A stretch of DNA of 64,000 nucleotides from a virus. The position numbers and the translations under genes were made by a program. Positions within the stretch are counted from its first letter, which is position 1. Every line of letters starts with the position of its first letter. Below the pieces are notes generated by a model, which made no database searches, was not told the origin of the DNA, and saw only the letters and a program-made list of their open reading frames with translations. Positions 28,753-38,809 of this stretch are shown piece after piece. The stretch lies in IMG/VR virus record IMGVR_UViG_3300037247_001116, positions 38,659 through 102,658 of that record; one strand, given 5' to 3'.

Positions 28753-28917
28753 ATGGCAGATAAGAACATAGCAAAATTCACAGTTCGTTTCTGGGATTAT
28801 TGGGTTGATGATCCTATTGATAGAGGATCAAACCCTATGATTCTAAATATGATATATGAAATAGAAAATACTAGAAAATTATATTTTATACAGAAGGAAC
28901 TAAATGACGACAATTAA
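28753..28917 (+). CDS. Small hypothetical protein
   Basis: GGAG RBS before ATG 28753. Confidence 0.5.
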   Translation: MADKNIAKFTVRFWDYWVDDPIDRGSNPMILNMIYEIENTRKLYFIQKELNDDN

Positions 28918-29500
28918 TCGATTCACTTATTCTAGGAAACAAATAACAGCGCAGAAAGCTGATAACTTCAATGATTATTTATGGATAGCTTTTGCACAAA
29001 ATTCCTCTGGTGTTTGTTTTTTAGAGAAGAAAGCCAAATTTAAACCAGACCAAACATATTATTCTTTGGAAAGAGAAGTCACAGAAATAAACGCACTTGA
29101 TATAGACTCATCAAATCTTTATGTGTCTTATACTGATTCAATACTTCTAGGTGAAATTATTTCTACAACAACTCCTTTATCTATTACTACAGAGATTAGT
29201 CGTGATTCTATTGTTGAATCTCCCGTCGCTGTTGTGATAAATGATACAGAACTATGGTTTTTATTGCCTGGCGATATAAGTGGCAGTAATGCTCAATTAT
29301 TAAAATACAACACATCAGGTGTTTTACAAGACACGATTGATTTAACAAAAAGTGGAATATCCGTTGTTAATGCTAAAAGCATGGCTATCGATGATAACGA
29401 TGATATATGGATTGTAACAAATACTAATCCAGTTCAACTCATAAGAGTTTTTGGACTTTCAGGCGGAATATACGATTTTGCAGTTACAGAAATTAGTTAA
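28904..29500 (+). CDS. Beta-propeller-like tail protein
   Basis: Repeated blade-like strands (LDIDSSNLYV, MAIDDNDDIWI). Confidence 0.55.
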   Translation: MTTINRFTYSRKQITAQKADNFNDYLWIAFAQNSSGVCFLEKKAKFKPDQTYYSLEREVTEINALDIDSSNLYVSYTDSILLGEIISTTTPLSITTEISRDSIVESPVAVVINDTELWFLLPGDISGSNAQLLKYNTSGVLQDTIDLTKSGISVVNAKSMAIDDNDDIWIVTNTNPVQLIRVFGLSGGIYDFAVTEIS

Positions 29501-29520
29501 TAATTAAGGAGAATTTTAAA

Positions 29521-29964
29521 ATGAATAACAAATTAAAAATAAGAGTCAATGCAATCATTCAAACAATCAATCAAAAGACGGGCAAGGTTACTAAAGAAAC
29601 TAAATGTCACAATTTGGTTGTGAATACAGGTCTTGAAGAGGTTATCGATAACGGCTTGGCAAATATTGATTATGTAGCTATCGGAACTGATAATACGGCG
29701 GTTCAAGCAACTGATACAGAACTTGGCGTAGAAGTCACAAGAGAGACAGACGCTCCAAGCAATGAAGGAACTGGAATCAGATTGTATGATAAAACATTCA
29801 CGTTTTCATCTGGTGAGTCATATACGATTGTAGAAGCTGGTTTATTTGTTGGCGCGACAGTTTCGGGATCTACAATGTTTAACAGATTGATATTTTCTGG
29901 ACATGAAGTTGATGTGGACAATGGAGTAAGAGTCCGAATAACACTTACATTATCGGCTGTTTAA
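29521..29964 (+). CDS. Tail-fibre-base/baseplate protein
   Basis: HNLVVNTG, YVAIGT, DTELGVE, EAGLF motifs. Confidence 0.7.
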   Translation: MNNKLKIRVNAIIQTINQKTGKVTKETKCHNLVVNTGLEEVIDNGLANIDYVAIGTDNTAVQATDTELGVEVTRETDAPSNEGTGIRLYDKTFTFSSGESYTIVEAGLFVGATVSGSTMFNRLIFSGHEVDVDNGVRVRITLTLSAV

Positions 29965-29974
29965 GGGGTGATAC

Positions 29975-32665
29975 ATGTCTGGAATAGATAATTTTACAAA
30001 ATTAATGTTACATTGTAATGGTTCGGATGAATCAACAACTTTTACGGATGATTCTGCTTCCGCACATATCCCTTCTGTTATAGGATCTGCTCAAATAGAT
30101 ACTGCACAGTCTGTTTTTGGTGGCGCAAGTGGTTTATTCGAAGGTTCTAGTGATTATTTGAGTATTCCTACTTCCACAGATTTCAACCCTGGCGCTGGCG
30201 ATTTTACATATGATTTTCGTGTAAGATTTAATACATTATCAGGAAGTCAAGGGTTCTTTGGAATAGAAACTGCCCCTGGCAGTAGTTATCTATATTGTGC
30301 TTGGGAAGGCGGAAACAAAATACGATTCAGAGATTTTGGTGGTTCTGGCGGCGATTTCTCATTTGCTTGGAGTCCTGTTGTAGATACTTTCTATCATATT
30401 GCTATAGTTAAAAGTTCAGGAACAGTAACTTGCTATGTTAATGGAGTTGCATTATCAGGCAGTGGTGCATCAGGTACTTATTTAGATAGAACAGTTCCTT
30501 TATTTGTAGCCTCGTCTTTTGGCGGAGCTTATGATCTTAATGGTTGGATAGATGAATTTAGATGGTCTAAGGGCGTTGCAAGATGGACTGTAAATTTCAC
30601 GCCCCCTATATCTGAATATTCTAGCGGAACAGACCAGGAATCATCTGATGATTTACAAATTACTGATTCAATTCTTGTAACAGACACGATGATCATAGAA
30701 TCAGAAGCATTACAAATATCTGATTCGATCACTGTTATAGATACTGCGATAATGGAATCTGATAATATACAAATTTCTGATAGTATTATTGTGACAGACA
30801 CAAATCAAGATGCGAACTTTGCTTATAAAATACTCTCTATTAATCCTTTAATTTTTGTCACCAATACTTCTCCTCTTGAAATAGTAAAGGTTGATACGAC
30901 TGATCCAATAAATCCGTCTTGGCAAGTTAAGACTGTAAGTGGAGTTAATTCTGCAAAGGACGTTGCTCTTAATAAAGATGGTACTTATATGTACATTGCT
31001 GGTGATGCAGGACAGGTCATCAAAGTAGAAGTCGCCGATTTAGCGAACCAAACAATTATTGATGTTAGCGATGCTGATGATATTTTAACGATTGAACATA
31101 ATGAAGCTTTTGGTATTACATATGCTGGCACTGATAATGCCGTCGGAGAACTATATTTAATTGATGAACGTACTACGTTTGAAATTGATTCTGATTTCAC
31201 ATGTCTTGCTCCGCAAACTTTTAAGTTAGAGACTGATTTTAATATCGTATCTGCTTTTGAAATTGATTCAGCTTTTACTGCTTTATCATATTCTTTTTTC
31301 AAAATGGGTAGTGCTTTTAATTGTTTTGATTATCAACCTGCATCACCAATAACTACTGTTGATGATGTCACCCCTATTGATTTACAGGATTGTCATATTT
31401 TTATTGACGATGTTGAATTAGAGGACACAGATGTTGTTTTAAGTTCGGTCACAATTACTCTTGGTGTTGGGGAAGAATCTAACGCTACATTTCAATTAAC
31501 AAGGAAACACGATCAACTTGATACCACTTTAGAGGGAGTTGGATCTGTAATAACAAATCAAAACACTGTTAAAATCACTTGTAAAGGCAAGACTCTCTTC
31601 CCTTATAATGATATTGGTACTGGTAGAATTTCTGATTTAGATTGTCAGTATCAAAATGAAACAGAATTTATTACGGTCACTGCTTTTGCTGAAGAGGCTT
31701 TTAATAAATTGAACGGCATTACCATGTCTTTGCCAGGGCTTACATCAAGGCTTTCTCTTTATGATGTTCTTATTCAGAATCCTTTAATTGTAAACCCATT
31801 TGTTGATCCTCTTAATGAAGATGATCCAAAAAAATACAAGGGTATTAGGGTTGATTTAGGAACAAAGATCCAACAGAGCGTATCTAATTGGGATATTTTT
31901 GATAATAATGGAAGTATCGCGGATGCCATACAAGACGGAACATTTAATGCTATGCAAAACTGGACTTATTTTTGGAGTCCTACCGTTACTAAATTTGGTA
32001 ATTTGGATTTAGGCGAAATAAATTCTATTAGATTTTTATATATTGGAACGTCTTTATCTCCTGTATCTGAAGATTTATGGGATCTAAATTTTGCGAGGCA
32101 TTGGCGACAGAGAACATTTGATGATATCGAAACTGCTTTGGGAACATACGAAGTTGGTGAAGCCCCATTTAAAAATGTAAGTGTTCGCAATGGAGAAAAA
32201 ATAACCAAACCAAAATTGACGGATGAAACAAATGGTCTTTACTCTATAAAAGATGCTGGATATAATTTTATCGAATATGCTAAAGATGTTGCTGATTTAG
32301 AGTATGAATTATTAAAAAATATTAATGGAGATATATTACCCGACACTTCTTGTGTATTTGGTTTGACTCTTGATTCCTATTTGTATTATGATATAGGCTT
32401 ATTAACGAGAATTAATGTGGACAACACAACCACAAATAGTATTTATAATAAAACCAACGGGTTTCCAGTAAGTGTCAAATCAATCACTATTTCTTTAAGC
32501 GATAGGAAGGTGTCTATTGATGCTGATAATACGAAGTCTGAAGCTGAGTTGGAAATTATTAACTCTCAATATCCAGACGAAGATTCTGATGAATATAATG
32601 AAGAAGAAACGAGAACTCTGATTGCTGTAAAAACCGATATGAAAACACGATTAGAGGTCGAATAA
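29975..32665 (+). CDS. Multidomain tail-tip protein (LamG, repeats, propeller, hub-like)
   Basis: N-terminal LamG paralogous to 10933; ESDxLQI(T/S)DSI repeats. Confidence 0.7.
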   Translation: MSGIDNFTKLMLHCNGSDESTTFTDDSASAHIPSVIGSAQIDTAQSVFGGASGLFEGSSDYLSIPTSTDFNPGAGDFTYDFRVRFNTLSGSQGFFGIETAPGSSYLYCAWEGGNKIRFRDFGGSGGDFSFAWSPVVDTFYHIAIVKSSGTVTCYVNGVALSGSGASGTYLDRTVPLFVASSFGGAYDLNGWIDEFRWSKGVARWTVNFTPPISEYSSGTDQESSDDLQITDSILVTDTMIIESEALQISDSITVIDTAIMESDNIQISDSIIVTDTNQDANFAYKILSINPLIFVTNTSPLEIVKVDTTDPINPSWQVKTVSGVNSAKDVALNKDGTYMYIAGDAGQVIKVEVADLANQTIIDVSDADDILTIEHNEAFGITYAGTDNAVGELYLIDERTTFEIDSDFTCLAPQTFKLETDFNIVSAFEIDSAFTALSYSFFKMGSAFNCFDYQPASPITTVDDVTPIDLQDCHIFIDDVELEDTDVVLSSVTITLGVGEESNATFQLTRKHDQLDTTLEGVGSVITNQNTVKITCKGKTLFPYNDIGTGRISDLDCQYQNETEFITVTAFAEEAFNKLNGITMSLPGLTSRLSLYDVLIQNPLIVNPFVDPLNEDDPKKYKGIRVDLGTKIQQSVSNWDIFDNNGSIADAIQDGTFNAMQNWTYFWSPTVTKFGNLDLGEINSIRFLYIGTSLSPVSEDLWDLNFARHWRQRTFDDIETALGTYEVGEAPFKNVSVRNGEKITKPKLTDETNGLYSIKDAGYNFIEYAKDVADLEYELLKNINGDILPDTSCVFGLTLDSYLYYDIGLLTRINVDNTTTNSIYNKTNGFPVSVKSITISLSDRKVSIDADNTKSEAELEIINSQYPDEDSDEYNEEETRTLIAVKTDMKTRLEVE

Positions 32666-33186
32666 TGGGTTATGAATCTTTCATAAATTCTAAGAATAAA
32701 TTTAGCAAAATTTGGGAAAAATACCAAGCCAATTCTAATGAAATAGAGAATTCGTTAGACTCACTTCAGGTCGATTTCAGTTCAGTGAGTTTTTCTAAAA
32801 AAATAACAACTATTCCAATAATAGAAAATCATGAAATAGATGTGTTTTTTCAAGAGACTATCACGGTACAGTTAAATAATATACCTGAGTGGATAATAAA
32901 CCATATAAATGTATTCTCTTTAGTAACTCCTATAGGCGATGTCAATACCGATGTTGTTACGTTGGACACAACAAATTTAAAGGTAGGCGATATTATACCC
33001 ATTTCCAGAGCTAAATATTGGTATACAAGTCTATCAAATAATAACTATTTATTAAAAATAGAAATATTTGTTAATCCTAGAATCGTAACATCTGTTGTTG
33101 ATGAGAGTTTTATAACAGCACCCCTAGCATCAACCTTGGATTTATCCCTAAAAATTATAAACCCTAGAATGTATGGTAAAAAATAA
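32665..33186 (+). CDS. Tail protein, paralog 1
   Basis: N-terminal KNKFSKIW motif shared with the next two genes. Confidence 0.6.
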   Translation: MGYESFINSKNKFSKIWEKYQANSNEIENSLDSLQVDFSSVSFSKKITTIPIIENHEIDVFFQETITVQLNNIPEWIINHINVFSLVTPIGDVNTDVVTLDTTNLKVGDIIPISRAKYWYTSLSNNNYLLKIEIFVNPRIVTSVVDESFITAPLASTLDLSLKIINPRMYGKK

Positions 33187-34715
33187 TGTCTAAATTTTCT
33201 ACATTAAAACAAAAATTTCGAAAAATTTGGGAAGATGTTTCTCAAAATACTAACGATTTAAAAATAAAAGATAATTCGTCGCAAATAGCTATTACAACTG
33301 ATATATCTAAACAATTAACAAACAAAGCTATTATTAAATTATCTGATTCCGATTTTAATATCGCCACTGTTTCATCCCCTGTTGATGCCTCTTTTAAAAC
33401 CACTAATGAAAATGGTGATATTTTAACTACTTCTGTAAATAAAAACACTGCCTTACCTCAACGATATTCTTATCAACAAAATTTTAATTTAAAAATTCCA
33501 GAACATTACTTGCCCTTCCTTAAAACTGTGCCACAAGTTAAAAATATTCCTAGTCATAGTCTTGTTTTAGGAAAACAATATCAATCTAGTCGATTTGGTG
33601 AAGACAATGATATTATATCTATTAGTGGCGATGGAAGCATTCTATATCAAGGATCTCCTGAAGATATCAATGCAAGTGTTGTTAGAATCAACACTTTATT
33701 AAGCGCGTTTACATTGGAAGAATTAACCACCAATTCAATACCTTTAGTAAATACTAAAAAAATTTTTGAGGGCGATATTGTTTATACAAGAGGCGGAGAA
33801 CAATTTCAAATAACAGGCAATGTCACACACCTAACAGCTCACTTTGATCAGGGAGCATCCTGCAATCCTACTAATAATGAAGATATCCATCAAGCATTAG
33901 CGTTTCAAGAAGGAACAGGCTCAGAAAGACATACAGATCAGTTTTTGGCGTTGACACCAACAACATTTTCGATGAATGCTAGAAAAACAGAGTCGAGATG
34001 GGTTAATATACCGCCATGCACACAACAAGTGACTGTTACGCAAGGCGTTCTTATTAATGCTACATTCGCTTCAACATCCAAATATAATATTCGCATAATA
34101 GGAAGTCATAGAAATTTAACCACAAACACATTCCTTGGCAATAATCAAACAGTCACAGTTTTTTCAGATGTTGACATAATTGATAGTCAAGATTTTACTC
34201 ATACTGGATATCGAGCTTATTATGATAGTTTAAAACAAGGGGTTTTATCTGTTATAGAAGGATCTGCCGATGGGAATTTTTTAAATTCTTTTGCATTATT
34301 CGCGAATAATTTGCCAAATACCGCAGACGGTCATACACTGACTTATAATAATATTTTTTATACAAGAAATTCCGAGTTTGATGGAACTATATTTGAAACC
34401 GATAATTATATACAACATAGCGAATCAGAACTGCCAGTATTTTTTAAAAAAGGCACAGATGATTATTATGTCAATTATAATCAAGATTTTTTATTGGAGA
34501 GCGAAGCAAAAGTAATAGATATTAATTCAAGACACTTCCCTAAATATAATGATATTTATGGCAAAACTGCTACGACATATACCATTTCTCAGGAAGAACA
34601 TTCGTTTGCTGATACCCCGATTTATACCCCTGAATTGGTAGATGCAGAAATAAAAATCGACTTGTATTTACAAAATACATTGGTTTGGAAAGAAGATAGA
34701 AACTATAATGTTTAA
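33186..34715 (+). CDS. Tail protein, paralog 2 (possible receptor-binding insert)
   Basis: KQKFRKIW N-terminus; long Thr/Asn-rich insert. Confidence 0.6.
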   Translation: MSKFSTLKQKFRKIWEDVSQNTNDLKIKDNSSQIAITTDISKQLTNKAIIKLSDSDFNIATVSSPVDASFKTTNENGDILTTSVNKNTALPQRYSYQQNFNLKIPEHYLPFLKTVPQVKNIPSHSLVLGKQYQSSRFGEDNDIISISGDGSILYQGSPEDINASVVRINTLLSAFTLEELTTNSIPLVNTKKIFEGDIVYTRGGEQFQITGNVTHLTAHFDQGASCNPTNNEDIHQALAFQEGTGSERHTDQFLALTPTTFSMNARKTESRWVNIPPCTQQVTVTQGVLINATFASTSKYNIRIIGSHRNLTTNTFLGNNQTVTVFSDVDIIDSQDFTHTGYRAYYDSLKQGVLSVIEGSADGNFLNSFALFANNLPNTADGHTLTYNNIFYTRNSEFDGTIFETDNYIQHSESELPVFFKKGTDDYYVNYNQDFLLESEAKVIDINSRHFPKYNDIYGKTATTYTISQEEHSFADTPIYTPELVDAEIKIDLYLQNTLVWKEDRNYNV

Positions 34716-35256
34716 TACTGATAAAAATAAATTAGAAAAATTATGGAATATAGTTGATGATAATAGCAATATTATTATTACTCAAAAAAATACCAATGAT
34801 CTTATAATTGACGGTGTAAATAAATTAAATAATGTGAATACTTCTATGGCAGTATTGACCAATTTTGGCACAGATTGGTTTATTCCAAATGTCTTGGAAA
34901 CAACTGAGGATAGCGAGACAATTATTGATGGGAATTACACCGAATTTAAATTAACATTCAATGATATAGATGCTACGTTTATACCGTATATTCATTGTGA
35001 GATTTTATATCGCGCGGGAGAGAGTGGGTTTATACCGATGGTAGATGATCCTTCTGATGGTAATAAAGAGTTGCCATTCGATGAAGTTTTGGGCTTGAGT
35101 AATCGGCTGGTTACTAATGAAATATTTCAGATAACCGATAGTAGCGTTGAATATATTGCTTTTATAAGAATGGATTTTAACACCGTTGATCCGCAAGAAA
35201 TAGAATATAAAATTGTGTGTTATATTCAAAACCCGCATTATTACCGAGCCACCTAA
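34708..35256 (+). CDS. Tail protein, paralog 3
   Basis: KNKLEKLW N-terminus; last + strand gene. Confidence 0.6.
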   Translation: MFNTDKNKLEKLWNIVDDNSNIIITQKNTNDLIIDGVNKLNNVNTSMAVLTNFGTDWFIPNVLETTEDSETIIDGNYTEFKLTFNDIDATFIPYIHCEILYRAGESGFIPMVDDPSDGNKELPFDEVLGLSNRLVTNEIFQITDSSVEYIAFIRMDFNTVDPQEIEYKIVCYIQNPHYYRAT

Positions 35257-35573
35257 GACATCCATTTATTCTTTCCTTCGTTCCAAACACTTCCATTTTT
35301 TTCGTGAATATAGAACATGATCCAAAGGTCATTCAGTGACTGTTTGGCTAAATAGGAATCACAACACATCTTACCAAGACCTACCCTAAAATGACTTAAT
35401 AATTGAAGGTAGGTCTTTTTTCTATATTTGGGAAGATTTTTACACATTTCTACTAAATCATCTTGGGTAAGAGGGAACATACAGAGAGCGTCACACTTTT
35501 TGATATAAGATTTACTATACATTTTTAGGCATCCAAGCTGTTTGTTGAATCGGGAATTTTTAACATTGACCAT
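35253..35573 (-). CDS. Hypothetical protein
   Basis: ORF track; stop overlaps the convergent gene. Confidence 0.55.
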   Translation of the reverse strand: MVNVKNSRFNKQLGCLKMYSKSYIKKCDALCMFPLTQDDLVEMCKNLPKYRKKTYLQLLSHFRVGLGKMCCDSYLAKQSLNDLWIMFYIHEKNGSVWNEGKNKWMS

Positions 35574-35785
35574 CTTCCGTCTTCATGTTGAGAATACATT
35601 CTTTGCTCTTTTAGTGTGCATTCTGTAATTATATTGCTCTCAACTAAATACATAGGTTTTCCCATGAAAAATTCTGGCAGTTTGATTGGTTCTTCTAACG
35701 GAGAACATTCTGTTCTATAACATTTCGGATCACCAATAAAATGATTATCCCCTCCCCTTCCACATCCACATTTTAATCTATCCAT
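35525..35785 (-). CDS. Hypothetical Cys-containing protein
   Basis: AGGAG RBS before MDRLKCGCG. Confidence 0.6.
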   Translation of the reverse strand: MDRLKCGCGRGGDNHFIGDPKCYRTECSPLEEPIKLPEFFMGKPMYLVESNIITECTLKEQRMYSQHEDGRWSMLKIPDSTNSLDA

Positions 35786-35795
35786 AATTCTCCTT

Positions 35796-37001
35796 TTAAA
35801 CAATTATCTTTTTCAAAATATTTTTATATGTATACTCTTGCAAAACCATTTGTTGTAATTCTGCAACTGATATGTTGTTTTTTAATTTTAAAGTGTTATA
35901 ATTAATTTTATCTTTAGGATAATAATGATCAAAAAATTGTTTTAAAACTTCTTTATTAACATAATTTAATTCTAAAAGTAAATCAAATCTCCCTGGTCGA
36001 ATTAAAGCTTTATCTAATGTTTTAATATGATTCGTTGTTCCTATTAAAATTCTTCCATGAACATTTGCCAATCCATCTAAACTATTTAAAATATCTGATA
36101 AATTTAATAGAGAAAATCCTTCAAAAATATCGGTTTGTTCTTTAGATTTCCCTTTCTTTGTTCGTTTAGAAACAATACTGTTTGTATCTATATCTTCGAT
36201 AACAATGATTGATTTTTCTGATATTGTACTGAATGCTTTCTCTATCGATCCTAATTTTGAAGGTGATAAATAATAAATAGCATAGTTTAAATGACTGGCT
36301 AAACATTTAATAAGGCTTGTCTTCCCTGTACCTGGCGAACCATACAATAAAATTCCGAGTTGATAAGGAATTCCAGAATTAATATACCATTGTTCTTTAT
36401 TGGTAAATTTATTTAATGAATTTAAAATTAAATCCTTCTTTTGTTTTTCAATAAAAAGAGTCTTAAAAGGTCTTTTTTTCAAATCTCTAATAAAACACCA
36501 ACAATCTTCGCCCATCTTATGAAAAGCTATTGTGTCTTTTTTCTGTTTTCTGGTATCTTTTATTCCTTGAATCATGTCATCAAATAATTTTCTTGAACGA
36601 CCCAATTTTGTCAAAACAATTATTTCTTTAAGATTACTAGATAACGACTCTTTTTCTTTAGTATAATTTATAAATAAAAATGATCTTTTATACCAAATTA
36701 GATGAGTACCATATCCCAAACTTAAATCAAAGTCAACATTGCTACCCCATCGCCCATTATTTAATTTAAATGTTCTAAATTTCCTATTACGATTATATTG
36801 TTGTATAAATTTTAATAGTTCATAAAATACTTCATCACTATTTGCAATAATTAAATCTGTCGTGAGTTGTCTTTTTAAAAACCCAAAAAGTTTTAAAGGA
36901 ACATCTTTAATCCAAAAAGAAAGTAAGCCGAACCCACCAACTCCTATTCCAGCCATTAACCACTCATTTTCTTGAATAAAACTGAAAAGATTTTCTAACA
37001 T
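35796..37001 (-). CDS. BCS1-like membrane-anchored AAA+ ATPase
   Basis: N-terminal TM; GIPYQLGILLYGSPGTGKTS, IEDID, LNSLDG, TTNH, LIRPGRFD. Confidence 0.9.
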   Translation of the reverse strand: MLENLFSFIQENEWLMAGIGVGGFGLLSFWIKDVPLKLFGFLKRQLTTDLIIANSDEVFYELLKFIQQYNRNRKFRTFKLNNGRWGSNVDFDLSLGYGTHLIWYKRSFLFINYTKEKESLSSNLKEIIVLTKLGRSRKLFDDMIQGIKDTRKQKKDTIAFHKMGEDCWCFIRDLKKRPFKTLFIEKQKKDLILNSLNKFTNKEQWYINSGIPYQLGILLYGSPGTGKTSLIKCLASHLNYAIYYLSPSKLGSIEKAFSTISEKSIIVIEDIDTNSIVSKRTKKGKSKEQTDIFEGFSLLNLSDILNSLDGLANVHGRILIGTTNHIKTLDKALIRPGRFDLLLELNYVNKEVLKQFFDHYYPKDKINYNTLKLKNNISVAELQQMVLQEYTYKNILKKIIV

Positions 37002-37009
37002 AATATCCT

Positions 37010-37390
37010 TTAATTTATCTTTTTAAATGCCGCTTTTGGTGTGCCTAATTTTCCTTTTTGCCAGCCGTTTAAAATTTGATCGCCATACTCTCTATAAGCT
37101 GGTTTATAATCTTTATAACACTTATTGTTTGCCAAGTCCAAAATAATAAGTTCTGATTCTTCGTTTGTCCTTCCCATCAACAAAATTCTTTGTAGCCCCT
37201 TTTTCCCTGTATATGCATGTTCTAAAGCGTGGTTATATTGTTTATAACCTTCCATCATTACACCAACATTATTGAAATAATATTCTAATTTGACAATGCT
37301 TTTTGTTTCATCTATTTTATTCCAATCGCGTGCTAAAGGATCGCCTTCAAACTTTGTTCCGTCTTCATAAAAAACTGTGAATTTATTCAT
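37010..37390 (-). CDS. Hypothetical protein
   Basis: ORF track; AGGAGG RBS. Confidence 0.65.
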   Translation of the reverse strand: MNKFTVFYEDGTKFEGDPLARDWNKIDETKSIVKLEYYFNNVGVMMEGYKQYNHALEHAYTGKKGLQRILLMGRTNEESELIILDLANNKCYKDYKPAYREYGDQILNGWQKGKLGTPKAAFKKIN

Positions 37391-37674
37391 TTCGCCTCCT
37401 TATGGCTACAACATCCGTCACACCCATGAATCCCAGCCCATTTCTCTCCATTCCCATGAAAATATGCAACACTGTCTGGATCATCATGTCCAACACCATG
37501 CTTGCATATCCTCTCGACCAAACCGCCCTTATCTATTCTTATATTAATAGGTGCATCTTTTAGTGGATGGTCTGATGGGTCATGAAATGGACAATACTCT
37601 CCCTTACATAAATCTCTGTGATGAATATTCCATTCAACACCTGCACTATCTCTCCATTTTTCAGTATCTGACAT
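37387..37674 (-). CDS. His/Cys-rich putative metal-binding protein
   Basis: CPFH, ERICKHGVGHDDPD, HGCDGCC. Confidence 0.65.
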   Translation of the reverse strand: MSDTEKWRDSAGVEWNIHHRDLCKGEYCPFHDPSDHPLKDAPINIRIDKGGLVERICKHGVGHDDPDSVAYFHGNGEKWAGIHGCDGCCSHKEAK

Positions 37675-37686
37675 TATTTCTCCTCC

Positions 37687-38385
37687 TTATTTAAAATATA
37701 TCCAGTATATTACAAATATTTGAATTCCCATAACAAAAATCCATCCACTCACATGAATAAACTTTTTAAACCCTTTTGACAATTTCTTCTCTATCATATA
37801 ATACCAAATCAATCCCCCATCAAGAGGAACAATAGGTATTAAATTCGAAAGACCACAGAACAAATTCAGTATAGACAATTGCAATAAAAATATGTTTATC
37901 GGTATATATCTAAAAATACCTTCTACCACAGTGTAATCTTGAGTAAACATCGCCTTTAACATTATCCAATCTATTTTTAATCCTAACGAAACAGATCCGT
38001 AATGAACCATATATATCCCTAAAGCCAATAAAATATTAACTGTTACGCCCGCCACCAAAACAGCAAATTTATGCGCGTACCTGTGGGCTAAAAAATCATC
38101 TTTATCCTTCCTTGTATTCATGCCCTTTAAATTGCAATATCCACCCAATAGGACAGGACTTAGCCTATAATCGATACCTTTGATGGTTTTATGCAAATAC
38201 GGCTTGCCAAAGCCTATTGAGAAGGCTTTTACCCCTATTCCACAGCGTAAAGCAACCAATAAATGCGCTAATTCATGAAGTGAGACAGTAATTAGCAAAC
38301 AGATCAAAAAAGTGCCTAATCCTTGATAATTTTCGACAAGCCAGCTACCTATATTTAAGAACATTTCGACCATTTTAGACCCCAA
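37687..38385 (-). CDS. Site-2 (M50, RseP-like) intramembrane metalloprotease without PDZ
   Basis: HELAH, FSIGFG, LGGYC, NLIPIVPLDGG. Confidence 0.9.
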   Translation of the reverse strand: MGSKMVEMFLNIGSWLVENYQGLGTFLICLLITVSLHELAHLLVALRCGIGVKAFSIGFGKPYLHKTIKGIDYRLSPVLLGGYCNLKGMNTRKDKDDFLAHRYAHKFAVLVAGVTVNILLALGIYMVHYGSVSLGLKIDWIMLKAMFTQDYTVVEGIFRYIPINIFLLQLSILNLFCGLSNLIPIVPLDGGLIWYYMIEKKLSKGFKKFIHVSGWIFVMGIQIFVIYWIYFK

Positions 38386-38419
38386 TCAATTCAGGATTTT
38401 CGTGTATGTTTCCGTTATC

Positions 38420-38809
38420 TTACCAATCTATATCTATAATATAATCTCCTGCATCTATTAAACCTTTTTTATGTAGGTCGTTAGCAACTTCATGAACATC
38501 AGGATAAAAATTTCTATCCCAAAACAAACTGATAGAACAAGCACCATTCTCATGTCCTATTGCTTTTTTAGGGTCACGTTTTAACCATGCTTTAAAATTA
38601 ACACCCATTCCATCACCATTAATCTTTTCTGGTATAGAATCAGGCATATCTATATCTTCAGAACAATCTGAAGGAATAGTCATTCCAAACGTGCCTCTAT
38701 CTTTACACCCATCTTGCTGTTGAAAATTGTAAGGTCTACCATAAGTATCAGAAACTAATTGATCCCAATCGCTTACATCTATCATTTTTATATTTCTTAT
38801 TTTTATCAT
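38420..38809 (-). CDS. Hypothetical protein
   Basis: ORF track. Confidence 0.65.
   Translation of the reverse strand: MIKIRNIKMIDVSDWDQLVSDTYGRPYNFQQQDGCKDRGTFGMTIPSDCSEDIDMPDSIPEKINGDGMGVNFKAWLKRDPKKAIGHENGACSISLFWDRNFYPDVHEVANDLHKKGLIDAGDYIIDIDW

Noticed and set aside
7072-35256. Diversity-generating retroelement
   Set aside because: No reverse transcriptase; the repeats seen differ mainly at synonymous positions rather than specifically at adenines
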